A stretch of 64,000 nucleotides of DNA from the human T2T-CHM13v2.0 reference genome, Homo sapiens: contig CP068257.2 of the NCBI GenBank assembly GCA_009914755.4, forward strand, positions 40,448,001 to 40,512,000. The letters run 5' to 3'. This document shows, piece by piece, positions 43,061 through 54,960 of this stretch. The notes beneath the pieces were generated by a model. The model was not told the origin of the DNA and did no database searches. It saw only the letters and a program-made list of their open reading frames with translations. The position numbers and the translations under genes are program-made. Each line of letters starts with the position of its first letter. Position 1 is the stretch's first letter.

Positions 43061-44245
43061 CCTGCATTCCAATGTCAGGCACAGATAATTTGGAAGACTC
43101 TAGAAGACTCTAGAATTACCAACCTATTCCACTTCCCAGCCTTGATTTTCTTTCCTTTTCCAGATTATAAAAATGCCCTTTTTTTGTAGAGCCCTTTTTT
43201 AAGGAGCCCAATTTGCTTTAAAGGCCTTGTCTAATTCCACCTTGTCATGAGCCTGTGACACCGGGAGGCAGCAGGGCAGGTGTTACGGTGGCAGCGGATG
43301 CCCAGAGCCTCCAGGGAGTCCAATTCCCAGGGCCCTGGAGGAGGCCGCCAGTCCACGGGGCTCTGCGATACGTCGGGGCCTGAGAATCGGAGGCCACATG
43401 GAGTGCTCCTCCCTCTTGCTAAGATGGGAGATTCACAGGGGCCCCAACTGGGAAATATACAATATATAACATTGGTGGCATTTCTGTGGCCTTAAGTGTG
43501 GCGTGCATAGGTGACACACTCTGATGGCCCGTAGCTTGCCAGCTGGGAGAGAGCCAGGGTGGGGCACAGCTGCAGGTGGCTGTTAGATAACTAGAGAAAC
43601 ATGCAGAATTGCCGCCGACCTGCTCCTGTGCCCGCCGACGCTTGGGTTGTGCATGCTGGGTTTCCTTTCAGTAATGAAAGATGAATATTCCCGTGTCCCA
43701 TCTTGAAGCTTTTTTCCATCTTTGCTTATGCCCCAAAATAACGCAACCTCCCTTGTAAGTAAGCAACCCTACCATTTTGACTGGCAGAGTACGTTCTTGA
43801 GAAGTTGGACTTTCAGAGCTAAATTCTGGAACCTCCCGGGCAGGTTGGAACCCATTGGTCACCCTGATGTTGGGGGCCTGAGTAAGGGCCTCGTCGTGTG
43901 AGTACCTCCTGGGCCCTGTGGTTGTGAATAGGGCAAAGGAAGGCAGCAGCCACCCCACGGGAAAGGACCCTCCATGCTCTGGTTGAATCCCAGTTCCCGT
44001 GGGTATGGGCTGTGTGTGACGTTTGTACCTCCTTCCTGGGATGTCTCTGCCCTGGACATAAAAGTGTTTGTTTATTCTCTCGTTTCTTACATTTATTTCC
44101 CCCAATTAGGATACCTCAATCTAAGATTCATGCCTCAATCTATTAAAAAAAATTATCCCGCCAAAGAGTAGGCTTCATGGAAAACATTAACAGACAAGTG
44201 TGTGACTTTTGACCACAGGCTAATTTGTTTCACTGTCTGTCTCAG

Positions 44246-44358
44246 ATGCCCAGGTATTTGAAGTCACAATAAAGATTGTAAACCACAACCTGACGGAGAA
44301 GTTACTCAACCGCAGCAGTGTGGAGTACCAGGACTTTTCTAGACAACTGCTTCACGAG
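44246..44358 (+). CDS. UMODL1: Coding exon 8: SEA domain 2, first half (NAQVFEVTIKIVNHNLTEKLLNRSSVEYQDFSRQLLHE), phase 1 to 0, 113 nt.
   Basis: Acceptor tctgtctcag|, donor gag|gtaaag. Same length and phase as exon 13. Confidence 0.85.
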
Positions 44359-45947
44359 GTAAAGCCACAATGCAGACAGAAATCTTTTCTTGGGTGTTCT
44401 GAGTGAGGACATCAAACACAAGCCGTTAATTCCTGCCCAGCTCTTCCTCTGGGATTGTGGCAAAAATACATGTTACTGCAGCTTCAGGGGAGGCCAAACC
44501 CAAATCGCACAGTGATTAGTCAAAAGCTTTCCCCCTGCTTTTATGGGGTACTTAATCCAGATACTGGGCCAATCCATCTTTAAGATATGTGCCTTTATTC
44601 AAATGGTGTACACCACTTACTCCTACTGTTGGATTTTCTGTGGAACCTTCTGTCTGAGGGCCCTGGCTTCCAGCTATGGGGTAGCTTCATTAGTGAAGCA
44701 TTTACCAACAATCATGGCATCCATTCCTCCCTCGTGACTAAAGGGAGACATCAGCAGACAGCCAGGGAGAAGCAAGCCAGTGGGAAGCACCATCTATCCA
44801 CAGATGGTGCATTGGAGGGAGAAGTGACTTCCTAAACTGCCAAGAATCACATAAAGTCTGAGGTTTTACCCTCCCTGCAAACTAACAAGTGAGTCTGCCA
44901 CAGTTTCATGGATGCTGGCAGAAGACACGAGACTCCTGGGCCAGAGACGGAAGACTGTATTACTCCAGCACAGCAGGCAGCATGCGTGTGCTGCTGTGCC
45001 GGTTCCCCTTCCTGCACCCGAGTCCCGCAGAGGTGATGCAGAGGGGACCAGGGGCATGAAGCACACAAAGTGGGTCTGCACCTGAGCTGAGGAACCCCAA
45101 CTCTAGGGAACCTGAATCTTTTATAATGGGTGCAAGCACTGGCTCCAGAAGGAGACATTATCTGTTACATCAGACAGTAACAAACCTGCCCTTTGCTCTG
45201 GAGGGAGCCAATATCTCTCCCTCCCAAGGCTGTTCACTATGCAAACATCCTTGGAAAGATATTCTGGAACAAAAGGGCAGTTAGTGCGTCTACTTGCAAG
45301 ATGTGTAGAAATGCCAGAGACCCACAGAGTGTTGCTTCCCAACATTTGCCTGGAGGAGGAATCTGGTTTTCAATGTTTTCAGAGAATTCCCTCCCTTTTG
45401 AAATGTTAACTCACTTGTGTGTGCAAGTATGGGTTGGCACAAAGGCAGGGAACCAGGCTGGTATCTCCCTTGCTTGGGCATGGGTAGCCCTAAGCACCTG
45501 GCTCTGTGTGCGTGTTTTGTGTGGGATACAGCCTAGTAAGAGGGGGGACAGCTCCAAATAGCCATAGGCATTGTTCCTTGGTGGGGCCTCTCCATCTATC
45601 AATCAATCAGTCTTTCTCACACGCTCACACAAATGACCTTCGCACCAGTTTTCAGGACACTCAGAGGGGATTGTCCATCTGATGCTCCACAACTGGGAGC
45701 TTGATTGCAGTGGTCACTGTGAGTCCCCAGCACACACCAGGCCAGGCCCGGCCGTCCCAGGGAAAGCCCAGCTAAGGTGCTGTGAACGGACTTCTCTGCG
45801 TGCTCTGAGAGGTCGGTCGTCAGGTGCCTCCTCTTGATTGTAGAGGAGAGAAATGGCTCCAAGCACCATCCATCGGTCACACCTGGAACCCTGCTTAATG
45901 GTCGTGAAGACGTTGATGGATGTCTGCTGTTGCCTCTTCTTGGCTAG

Positions 45948-46167
45948 GTCGAGAGCTCCTTCCCACCAGTGGTGTCTGACTTGTACCGAAGTGGGAAGCT
46001 GAGAATGCAGATCGTGTCTCTCCAGGCGGGAAGTGTGGTCGTGAGGCTCAAGCTCACCGTGCAGGACCCCGGGTTTCCCATGGGCATCTCCACGCTGGCC
46101 CCCATACTCCAGCCCCTGTTGGCAAGCACAGTGTTCCAGATTGACCGGCAGGGGACACGCGTGCAAG
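45948..46167 (+). CDS. UMODL1: Coding exon 9: SEA domain 2, second half (VESSFPPVVSDLYRSGKLRMQIVSLQAGSVVVRLKLTVQDPGFPMGISTLAPILQPLLASTVFQIDRQGTRVQG), phase 0 to 1.
   Basis: Acceptor tcttcttggctag|, donor aag|gtatgg. Paralogous to exon 14. Confidence 0.85.
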
Positions 46168-46487
46168 GTATGGCCCAGCCACCCGCCCTGCTGCCTGGTG
46201 TCCTCCAGCTCAGAAATCCTCTTGGTGACTTTATTTGAGTCAGTCTTTCCTTTATTTCAAAGGGTAAAGAAATGCAAATCCTTATTCTATCTTCCTCCAC
46301 CGGAACCAGGGGCCAGGGCAGTAGCCCTGAATAACTAGCTCACCTGTGTCTCATTGGTCAGCCCAGGACACTGAGTGAAATGGGGCTGGAAGGTACCCTC
46401 AGGGGAAAGGGACAGGAGTTCACTGTGTCTGTCGTCAGGGCCCCCCAGCACTTCTGGGCAGCGGGACAACTGCCCACCTGTGGGTCT

Positions 46488-46884
<397 letters not shown>

Positions 46885-48834
46885 TGAAGCAGGAGGTCAT
46901 GGACACAGGACAGACACAAAGAGACAGAGAGATAAAGAGAGAGACAGAAAGGCACGGAGACCAGGTTCTTGCTGTCCTGCAGCAGGCACGGAGTTCTCTC
47001 CTGGCTGTGAGGGCACACACAGTCTCTAGATCCACAAGCTCCAGTTTTGGGCTCAATCTGTGGAGTGGGCACCTCTCTGGTCGTCTCCCGGGGTGCTGGG
47101 TCTTGGAGCTCAGCCACGTGCTGGCTTCCTGTCCCAACCTTCCCCCACCAGGAGGTGCCGGGAAGAACTGGGTTGGGTGTGGGGGGATCTACTCTTTGAA
47201 GTCATGCCTGGAAACCTCGGCCTGGGGTTACTCTGTTCACTTGGCACTCCCTAAGGATGGGGATACTACAGTGGCCCCTGTACCTGGTAAGATCCCACCT
47301 AGCTGGGCTGCAGGGTAGGGCCTGAGGTTGGGGTCCACAGGGTATGCCCCCAGCAGGGTCCTCAGTGTGTGACCCCGTGATCCAACCTTCAGGCGGATCC
47401 AGCCTTCAGGTGGATGCCACCCAGCCCGCCCTCCACACCTCCCTGCCTCCCTCCTCCCATCCTCTGGGACTAGGGCTCAGGCGATTCCAGATCCCTGCCA
47501 AATGAGAACCTCGGCAGCAGGGATGTCGTGGGTAGAATGGTGGCCCCCTCCAAAAAGATATGTTCACCTGGAACTTCAGAATGTGACCTTATTTAGAATA
47601 AGGGTGTTTGCAGACACGATTAAGTTAAGGATGTCAAGATGAGGTCCTCCTGCCGTTGGATTTGGGTTGGCCTGAAGTTCAGTGACAAGTGTTCTTATAC
47701 GAGACAAGAGGAGGAGACACAGACACAGAGGCCAAGATTGGAGTGATGCAGCCACAAGCCAAAGGACTCCTGGAGCCACAAGATAAGACACTGGAAGAGG
47801 CCTGGGAAAGCCCCTTTCCTAGAGCCCCAGAGGGAGGGCGGCCCTGCTGACACCTGGAGTTTGGACTTCGCCTCCGGAACGGCGGGAATACATCTGTGCT
47901 GTTTCAGGCCCCCCAGCTGGTGTGTTTGTGATGGCAGCCACAGGAGACCCGTGTCTTGCACCTCTAGGACTGGATGAATCCATTGTAAGCATTCGCAGCA
48001 CCCCACTCCCCACGCTGTTCAGTGGTCCTGCAGAAGTTATTAAGCTCCTTCTGCAGGCTCTTGCCCGGCAGGGTCCCGGGCAGGCTGTGGCCTGCTTCCT
48101 CCACATTTCAGAGCTGAGGTGCTGGTGCGGGCAGGTCTCCTGAGCTGGGGGGTCAGCTGTGTGGCCAGTGATGGTGACGCCTCAGGCCGTGCATGGCCGG
48201 GGAGGCGGCCCTGCCTCTGCACTCTTTTGACTCCATGACTACTGGTGTCTTCGGACGCCAGAGTCGGGGGAGCAACCATGGGGCACCGCCCCTGCCTGGG
48301 GAGGCAGCACGAGGCCTGAGCCCAGCTTACAGGGGGACATCCACCCCCGCTGAGAGCCCCACCTTCACGGCGAGGATCTGTAGAAGAAGACATTTGATAT
48401 TACTCGGCAAAAAAAACAAGAAACGAAAACACAAAAAGAGCTCCTCTGAAGAAGAAAAGGTATTTGCGCTGTGGTCCACCTAGAAATAATGTTGTTGGCA
48501 CAACTAGAGCATTCCTCAGTCATTCAGGAGCACTCCCTGCCGGTGCGTCCACATGTCCCAACCCCGATAGATGAGGCGCTGTTCGCCCGTGGAGGGGTCA
48601 GGTTGTCGTGACCTTATCTTTACCCTTAGGCCGTCCATCCCGGGGCCTGGGGTTTCCTGCGCCAGTCACGGTGGGCTGTGTAGGTGGCCATGTGTTCGGT
48701 CTTTCCCCAGGAGGTACGTACCATGTGCTGGGAGGCCTGGAGGCTGAGCCGCCCCCCGCGCCTATGAGTTGCACCCTCACAGCGGCGGCCAAACCTCCTG
48801 CTCACTTTGCCCCATAGGAAGAGGTTAGAGTGAG

Positions 48835-49040
48835 GCGGAACGGGTTGGAATCCCAGCTCTGACACTCACTCACTGTGGGATGCTGCACAAATGACTTCCT
48901 CTCCCTGGGCCTCAGTATACTCATCTGTGGAATGAGATTACAGCAACATCCCACCTCCTATGGCGATGGAGTAAATTAAGGCACAATGCCTGTGTGGGTT
49001 TAGCCCAGTGCCTGTGCATGGCGACAGTGCATTTCTGATG
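48835..49040 (+). mobile_element. MIR SINE fragment
   Basis: tggaatcccagctctgacactcactcactgtgggatgctgcacaaatgacttcctctccctgggcctcagtatactcatctgtggaatgag... Confidence 0.65.
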
Positions 49041-50904
49041 GCCCCTCCAGCGTTCAGGGCTAACTCTTCCAGGATTAACTTTCATATCTTGGATGAGAGC
49101 TCATCTAGGAAGGTCTCCTAGCAACCCCTGGGTTCCCACTGGTCCTTCCGCCTCACGGGGCTCCTTTTTGAACCCCTCACATCATTTCCATTCAATCTCT
49201 TGCTCCTAACAGCACGGCCCCTATTCCTTCTCTTTCCCAACATCTGCTCTCAGGAGAGATTCTCATACAGTGTGCATTTGTTCTAGAGTGAGGGTCATCA
49301 CTGGGCTTCTATGAGGCACCGCTGTGAACCCTCTGCACCGACCTTAGCCAGAGGAGCAGGACTCCCACCGGCATCCTTCTGCGTAAGAGGCCTTGTGGGT
49401 CTTCTGGGGCTCTGGAATCAACGCCGCTTTTCCTGGGGCCAGAGTAGGTGGACCTGAGCTCCCCAAAGCTTCCAGTTTGCTGCCTGCTCCCACCCGCCTC
49501 GCCACTGCGCGAGCCCTTTCCATCCCCTCTGCAGAGTGAGAGAAGGGCCGTGAGTGAGGATCCTGGCCTAGGGCTGTCACCATCCCCCTCACCTGCTGGC
49601 CAGGCTAACCTACTGCAGGCTGCTTCCTTTCCTTAGGTTCACGGGTACCGCTATTTGTCCAGCGTCCATTTGCGGTGGCATTAGGATGAGGTGCTCTGTG
49701 CCCTCTTTCTCCCAGTGTGAATCTGACACACGCCCCCAGGAGAGTCCGAGGGGCATCACTTCTGGAGGACGCCCTGGGCCCTGAAAGACAGCTCATGGTC
49801 CAACTGAGGAGCCTGCACCTTGCTGGGACAGGGTGGCCCAGGAGATCTGGGGTCTGTACCTGCTCCTGGACCCTCTCCAGCTTGTTGTTCTGGGTGGGGC
49901 CAGCTCAGGAGGGGCACCTGGGCTGGGAGTCTCTGAAGCAGCTGCCCCCATTGCTCCAGGAGAGGGCTCAGCCCTTGTCCCAGCTGCGGGGCCAGTGGGA
50001 GCAGTGTGCAGCGTCCTGCCCTGGGCTCTCGCTGGCTCTGCGCCCTCGCCTGGCCAGCCCGGGAGGGTGCAGAGGCTCACTGGCAGCTCTTCCTGCTCCC
50101 ACACCTGCCTCTTCCTCTGAACTGGAGGGCCGGCAAGCCTCAAGGCTTAATGCAAGACTAAATACAGCTGTCAGCGCCTTCCTCTGAGCTCGCTTGGGAG
50201 CTGTCTGGGGGGACGGAGGAGTGAAGATTAGGTGAATCACCACGCCCCAAAATAGACATCAGGTGCTTGGTGGTTTGAGCCAGCGTCTTGCCTGGTGCCT
50301 CTGCTGTCCTCCGTGGACTGCAGCCCAGCCAGCCTAGGCTCCAACCCCAACCCGGAGCACCCCCAGGAGAGTTACCTGTAGGCTGGAGGTTGAGTAGCAC
50401 CCCAGGAAGAGGTGTGGGTTGGCACCAGCAGTGTTCTGATGGCAAGGCAGCCCCCAGGCCATGCTAGGGTGGTGGCATAGCTGTTGTGGCAGCTGACGAG
50501 CTTGCTGTTCTCCAGGGAAGCTGCTTCTGTGGAGACCGCAGGAAGCACAACAGAAAAAAACCCACAAAACGAGCCTCAGAGCACTCAGCAGCAGGGTTTT
50601 CTTTGCCCAGAACTGAACTGGTCCTGCATCGTGGCTTAAATTCCACCTGAATTGGAACTTCTCTGGCATGCCGGGTGTGGGTTCGTTCCCGAGCACCTCC
50701 ACCCGCAGCTCTACAGAAGCACGCGCAGAAGGCACTGTCACCTCCAGCAGGGCCTGGCCCTGACGACCTCGGCTCAGCCACCCCATGGGAGCTACATTGT
50801 CCTTGTCCTCACCTTCATTCCCCTCAGGCGGGCCCCCCGGTGACATGACATCACAAGTCTTTGGGCACAGGAGGAGGGACATACCTGTGGAGACACCCGG
50901 GTGC

Positions 50905-51265
50905 TCTAGAATATGGCGCGGGAAGTTCATGTTGTACTCCGCTGGACCCCACCCCCGGCGTGGGAAGTTCATGTTGTACTCAGGCTGACCCCCACCCCCC
51001 CCACGAGAGAAGTCCATGTTATACTCAGGCTGACCCCCACTCCTGGCATGTAAAGCTGGTGTTATGCTCAGCTGGACCCCCACCCCCGGTGTGGAAAGCT
51101 CATGTTATACTCCACTGGCCCCCACCCCCGGCGTGGAAAGCTGGTGTTATACTCCGCTGGACCCCCACCCCCGGCGTGGAAAGCTGGTGTTATACTCCGC
51201 TGGACCCCCACCCCCCATGCGGAAAGTTCACGTTATACTCAGCTGTGTCCCCACCCCTGGCTCAG
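50905..51265. repeat. Tandem repeat, ~42-bp unit x about 8.5 (ctccgctggacccccacccccggcgtggaaagctggtgttata), intron 9
   Basis: Direct inspection. Causes a long spurious minus-strand ORF (50334-51083). Confidence 0.85.
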
Positions 51266-51641
51266 TTACTTTCCTATTTCTTGGTTGAGACACTAAGTAT
51301 TGGAGAATGTTGGCACATCAAAGAGAGAGGAGAAAACATTTCAAGTTTTGGGTGTGGAAACAGAATAAAGAAGAGAGGGCTACATGCACACCCATGGGTG
51401 CTAATATTTAAGGAATGAACATTTCCTAATCTTTGCCCCCAAATAAGCCAACCAATGTGAAGGTGGGCACAGGCAGGCCGTAAGGTTGTCATGAGAGTGT
51501 TGGACGGATGCCCCAAAATGCCCCTGCTCCCGGCCGTTCACTGCAAAGACGGCTAGGAAGGACTCCTTCCAGCATGGGTCTGTCTTCTGATCACTCTTTG
51601 GCTGTTTTCTCATGGGTTTTGATTGTGTCTCCCCCTGGCAG

Positions 51642-51779
51642 ACTGGGACGAGTGTGTGGACAGCGCGGAACACGACTGCTCACCGGCTGCCTGGTGCATC
51701 AACCTGGAGGGCTCCTACACCTGCCAGTGCCGTACCACCAGGGACGCCACCCCCTCCCGCGCAGGCCGGGCCTGTGAGG
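51642..51779 (+). CDS. UMODL1: Coding exon 10: calcium-binding EGF-like domain 2 (DWDECVDSAEHDCSPAAWCINLEGSYTCQCRTTRDATPSRAGRACEG), phase 1 to 1, 138 nt.
   Basis: Acceptor tctccccctggcag|, donor gag|g gtacgt. D-x-D-E-C cbEGF signature with six Cys. Same length as exon 15. Confidence 0.85.
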
Positions 51780-52959
51780 GTACGTGTCGACCCCCCTGCC
51801 GACTCTGGGAAGACCCCCTGCCCGAGAATCTGGGGGTGGGGCAAAGCCCAATTCTCCATAGGCACAGGGCTGAGGACCTATGGTAATGTTAGGGGCCTAC
51901 AGAAATGTTTTCATTTCAATTTATTTTAAAATCAGAAGAAAGAAATTAATAGAAGGATAGTAAATATACATAAAACAATGAATCTAGCTTGGATTACACT
52001 CATCTCTATCTAAATGCCATTATAAAATGTAATTTTTGATAGATTGTTAAGTGGAGGGGTGCAGGGGTCCATGAAGGCCAAGTTCCTTGGGCCCACAGAA
52101 GTCAGGATGCAGCCCGGGGTCGAGGGATTCCTTCCCCAGTGGCCTGGAGCCCGAGAGGGTGTGGCCTGGAGCCCGAGACAGTGTGGAAGCCCAGAGAAGC
52201 TGCAGAGAGGCCCGATGGGGGCCGCTGAGCTCTAGTCCTGCTGTATCGGCCCCCAGTCTTTTCTGTGGACCAGTTCTGATGAGTGGGTCGGGGATACCTG
52301 GGATGCTGAATTGAGCAGCAGGAGGAGGCCACGTAGGGACCTAAAATGCAGTGACTGATTAGCAATGTCGGCCCGGACACAGGCGTGGCAGAGGCGCCCA
52401 GCCACTGGCTTGCCAGCCCCTGCTGAGGGCTTTCTAGCTGGAAGGAGCAGCCGAGACCAGTTCCCTGGGGAGAATATTCCTTAGACACTGCGTGTGCTGT
52501 CCTGCTTCCTAACATCCCACACCTTGTCTTCTGTTTTTCTCATTCGCCTAATGTCCTGCAAGTCGATGACAGCATCCAGCACCAAGTCCCACATTGAGCA
52601 CAAATCTGGGGGAAATTGTCCCATTTTCCCAGAGTCCTGATGGATTAATCTGAGGCCTATGAGAACCAAGCCCTGCATTCAAGCCCGGGTTTTGTAGCCC
52701 CCCGGGTGGATCCCTCACCCTCAACTTCAGTTTCCTCATTTATCCAGTGGAGAGGCGTGATTTGCCTTCAGAGAGCCCCGGGGAGGCTGCAAACATGGGC
52801 CCAGGAAACACTCCTGAACGCTGGCGCCCGCCTGCGTCCCTGGCCAGGTCCACTCCGGGATGCAGAACAGTCCTGCTGGACGGCCATGCTGCCCTCCTGG
52901 GAGGGCTCTTACTCGTGGGTGGGATCCAGCAGGCTCTGACAGTGGATGTGTCTTGGCAG

Positions 52960-53790
52960 GTGACCTGGTGAGCCCCACGGGCGGTGGACTGTCTGCGGCA
53001 ACAGGGGTAACGGTCCCAGGTCTTGGCACGGGAACAGCAGCCCTCGGCCTAGAGAACTTCACCTTGTCACCCAGTCCTGGGTACCCTCAGGGCACCCCGG
53101 CAGCAGGCCAGGCCTGGACCCCAGAGCCCTCACCCAGAAGAGGGGGCAGCAATGTGGTCGGGTATGACAGGAACAACACAGGAAAAGGCGTGGAGCAGGA
53201 GGTGCCCAGCACTGCCCCGGGTCTGGGGATGGACCAGGGGAGCCCCAGCCAGGTGAACCCCAGCCAGGGGAGCCCCAGCCAGGGGAGCCTCAGACAGGAG
53301 AGTACCAGCCAGGCGAGCCCCAGCCAGAGGAGCACCAGCCAGGGGAGCCCCAGCCAGGTGAACCCCAGCCAGGGGAGCACCAGCCACGCGAACTCCAGCC
53401 AGGGGAGCCCCAGCCAGGGGAGCCCCAGCCAGGAGAGCCCCAGCCAGGGGAGCACCAGCCAGGCGAGCCCCAGCCATAGGAACACTATCGGGGTGATAGG
53501 CACCACCTCCTCCCCGAAGGCTCCTGGGTCAACCCACAGCTTCCCTCCTGGGGCCACAGATGGCCCACTGGCCCTCCCTGGACAGCTACAGGGAAACTCC
53601 ACCATGGAGCCACCCTCCTGGCCTTCCCCTACTGAGGACCCCACCGGCCACTTCCTGTGGCATGCCACCCGTTCCACCCGGGAAACACTTCTGAATCCCA
53701 CGTGGCTGCGAAATGAGGACAGTGGACCCTCCGGTTCTGTAGACCTGCCATTGACCTCCACCCTCACAGCTCTGAAGACCCCCGCCTGTG
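52960..53790 (+). CDS. UMODL1: Coding exon 11: 831-nt mucin-like Ser/Thr/Pro-rich exon (DLVSPTGGGLSAATG...GSPSQVNPSQGSPSQGSLRQESTSQASPSQ...LTALKTPAC), phase 1 to 1. Contains about 17 degenerate SPSQG pentapeptide repeats; symmetric, so skippable.
   Basis: Acceptor gtgtcttggcag|, donor tgtg|gtgagt. 277 stop-free codons in frame with exons 10 and 12. 15-bp unit AGCCAGGGGAGCCCC repeated at 53225-53480. Confidence 0.8.
53202..53585 (+). other. UMODL1: Candidate internal alternative intron ('exitron') within exon 11: 384 nt = 128 codons. GAG|GTGCCC ... ccctccctggacag|CTACAG. Removal joins ...GKGVEQE to LQGNSTMEPP... and deletes the SPSQG repeat block.
   Basis: In-frame GT..AG pair with a pyrimidine-rich 3' end. 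The 128-aa size equals the difference between the short and long UMODL1 isoforms as I recall them (1318 vs 1446 aa). Confidence 0.45.
53225..53480 (+). repeat. UMODL1: Coding 15-bp tandem repeat (AGCCAGGGGAGCCCC, about 17 degenerate copies) encoding SPSQG units inside exon 11
   Basis: Periodic nucleotide and peptide repeat; mirrored by the spurious minus-strand LAGAP-repeat ORF. Confidence 0.85.
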
Positions 53791-54189
53791 GTGAGTTCCT
53801 CGAATGGTGCATGGGGATTAGGACTAATAGGACCCATAGCCTGTGTGAGCCTCTGGGGCAAAGCTCCTGCAGCCGTGGAGTCGCAGGCTGCTAGCAATGC
53901 TCAGGCGGCATCCTCATCTTGTGCGTGTGGAAACGGAGGCACCCAGCAGCTGGTTTCTAGTTGAGTTAGGAAGACAGCTTGGTCCCCTTGCCTGTCCCAG
54001 ATCTCTCTTCCCCATCTCTTAGGGCTCCCTGTCTGCAGCAGCTGGGGCGGAGGTCTGCCTTCAGGAGCAGGCTTTGGGCCTTACTTGTCGCGTTAGGTGC
54101 TGGAGCCATCCCCTGAGGTGTTGCCCACCCCCGCTGTCCTGCCTCCTAGCAGAACTGTGTCCCGGCCCCGATCAGTGTGATGACACCCC

Positions 54190-54960
54190 CACAACAACTC
54201 TGCACCCCCCCAGTAATGCTGCACTCCCATAGCTGTTCTGCACCCCTCAGCTGTTCCGTCACCCTGCCAAGCATTCTGCAGCCCTGCAGCTGCTCTGCAC
54301 ACCAAGGTGTGCTGCACCCCAGCTTTTCTGCACCCCCGGCTCTTCTGTACTCCCAGCTGTTCTGCACCTCCCCAGCTGTTCTGTATCTCCCCAGCTGCTC
54401 TGTATCTGCCTAGCTGTTCTATATGCCCCAGAGATTCTGCATTTCCCCAGCTGTTCTGCACCCCCAGCTGTTCTGCACCTCCCCAGTTCTTCTGCACCCC
54501 CAGCTGTTCTGCATCCCCAGCTGTTCTGTATCTGCCCAGCTGCTCTGTATCTCCCCAGCTGCTCTGTTTCTGTCCAGCTGTTCTATATGCCCCAGAGATT
54601 CTGTATCTCCCCAGCTGTTCTGCACCCCCAGCTGTTCTGTACCCCCAGCTGTTTTGTACCTCCCAGCTCTTCTGTATCTCCCCAGCTCTTCTGTATCTCC
54701 CCACTGTTCTGCACCTCCATAGGTGTTCTGCACCTCCCCAGCTGTTTTGTGCCCCCTCAGCTGTTCTGCACCCACAGTTCTGTAGTTCCCCAGCTGTTCT
54801 TCACCCCAGATATTGAACCTCTGCAGATGCTCTGGATTGTCAGCTGTTCCGTACCCCCAGTTGTTTTTTTACCCCCTAAGTGTTCTGTACCCCCATCTGC
54901 TCTACACATCCAGAGTTCCTGCACCCCCCAGCTGTTATGCACCTCTAGTCCTACCGTAAC
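54190..54960. repeat. Satellite-like array of a 16-18-bp unit (ccccagctgttctgcac) x about 45, intron 11; about 25 copies of the CAGCTG E-box
   Basis: Direct inspection. Produces long stop-free ORFs in several frames on both strands. Confidence 0.9.

Noticed and set aside
42591-43189. Proline-rich ORFs (165, 118, 104 aa)
   Set aside because: Produced by the CCCCACCCC tandem array. No start or splice context.
50334-51418. 249-aa minus-strand ORF and 185-aa plus-strand ORF
   Set aside because: Generated by the 42-bp tandem repeat. Periodic peptide (QPEYNMNFPR). Intronic.
53087-53812. Minus-strand ORFs (241 aa and 115 aa, LAGAP-repeat peptide) overlapping exon 11
   Set aside because: Mirror-image artefact of the 15-bp coding repeat on the opposite strand. 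No splice context. The plus-strand frame is the one continuous with flanking exons.
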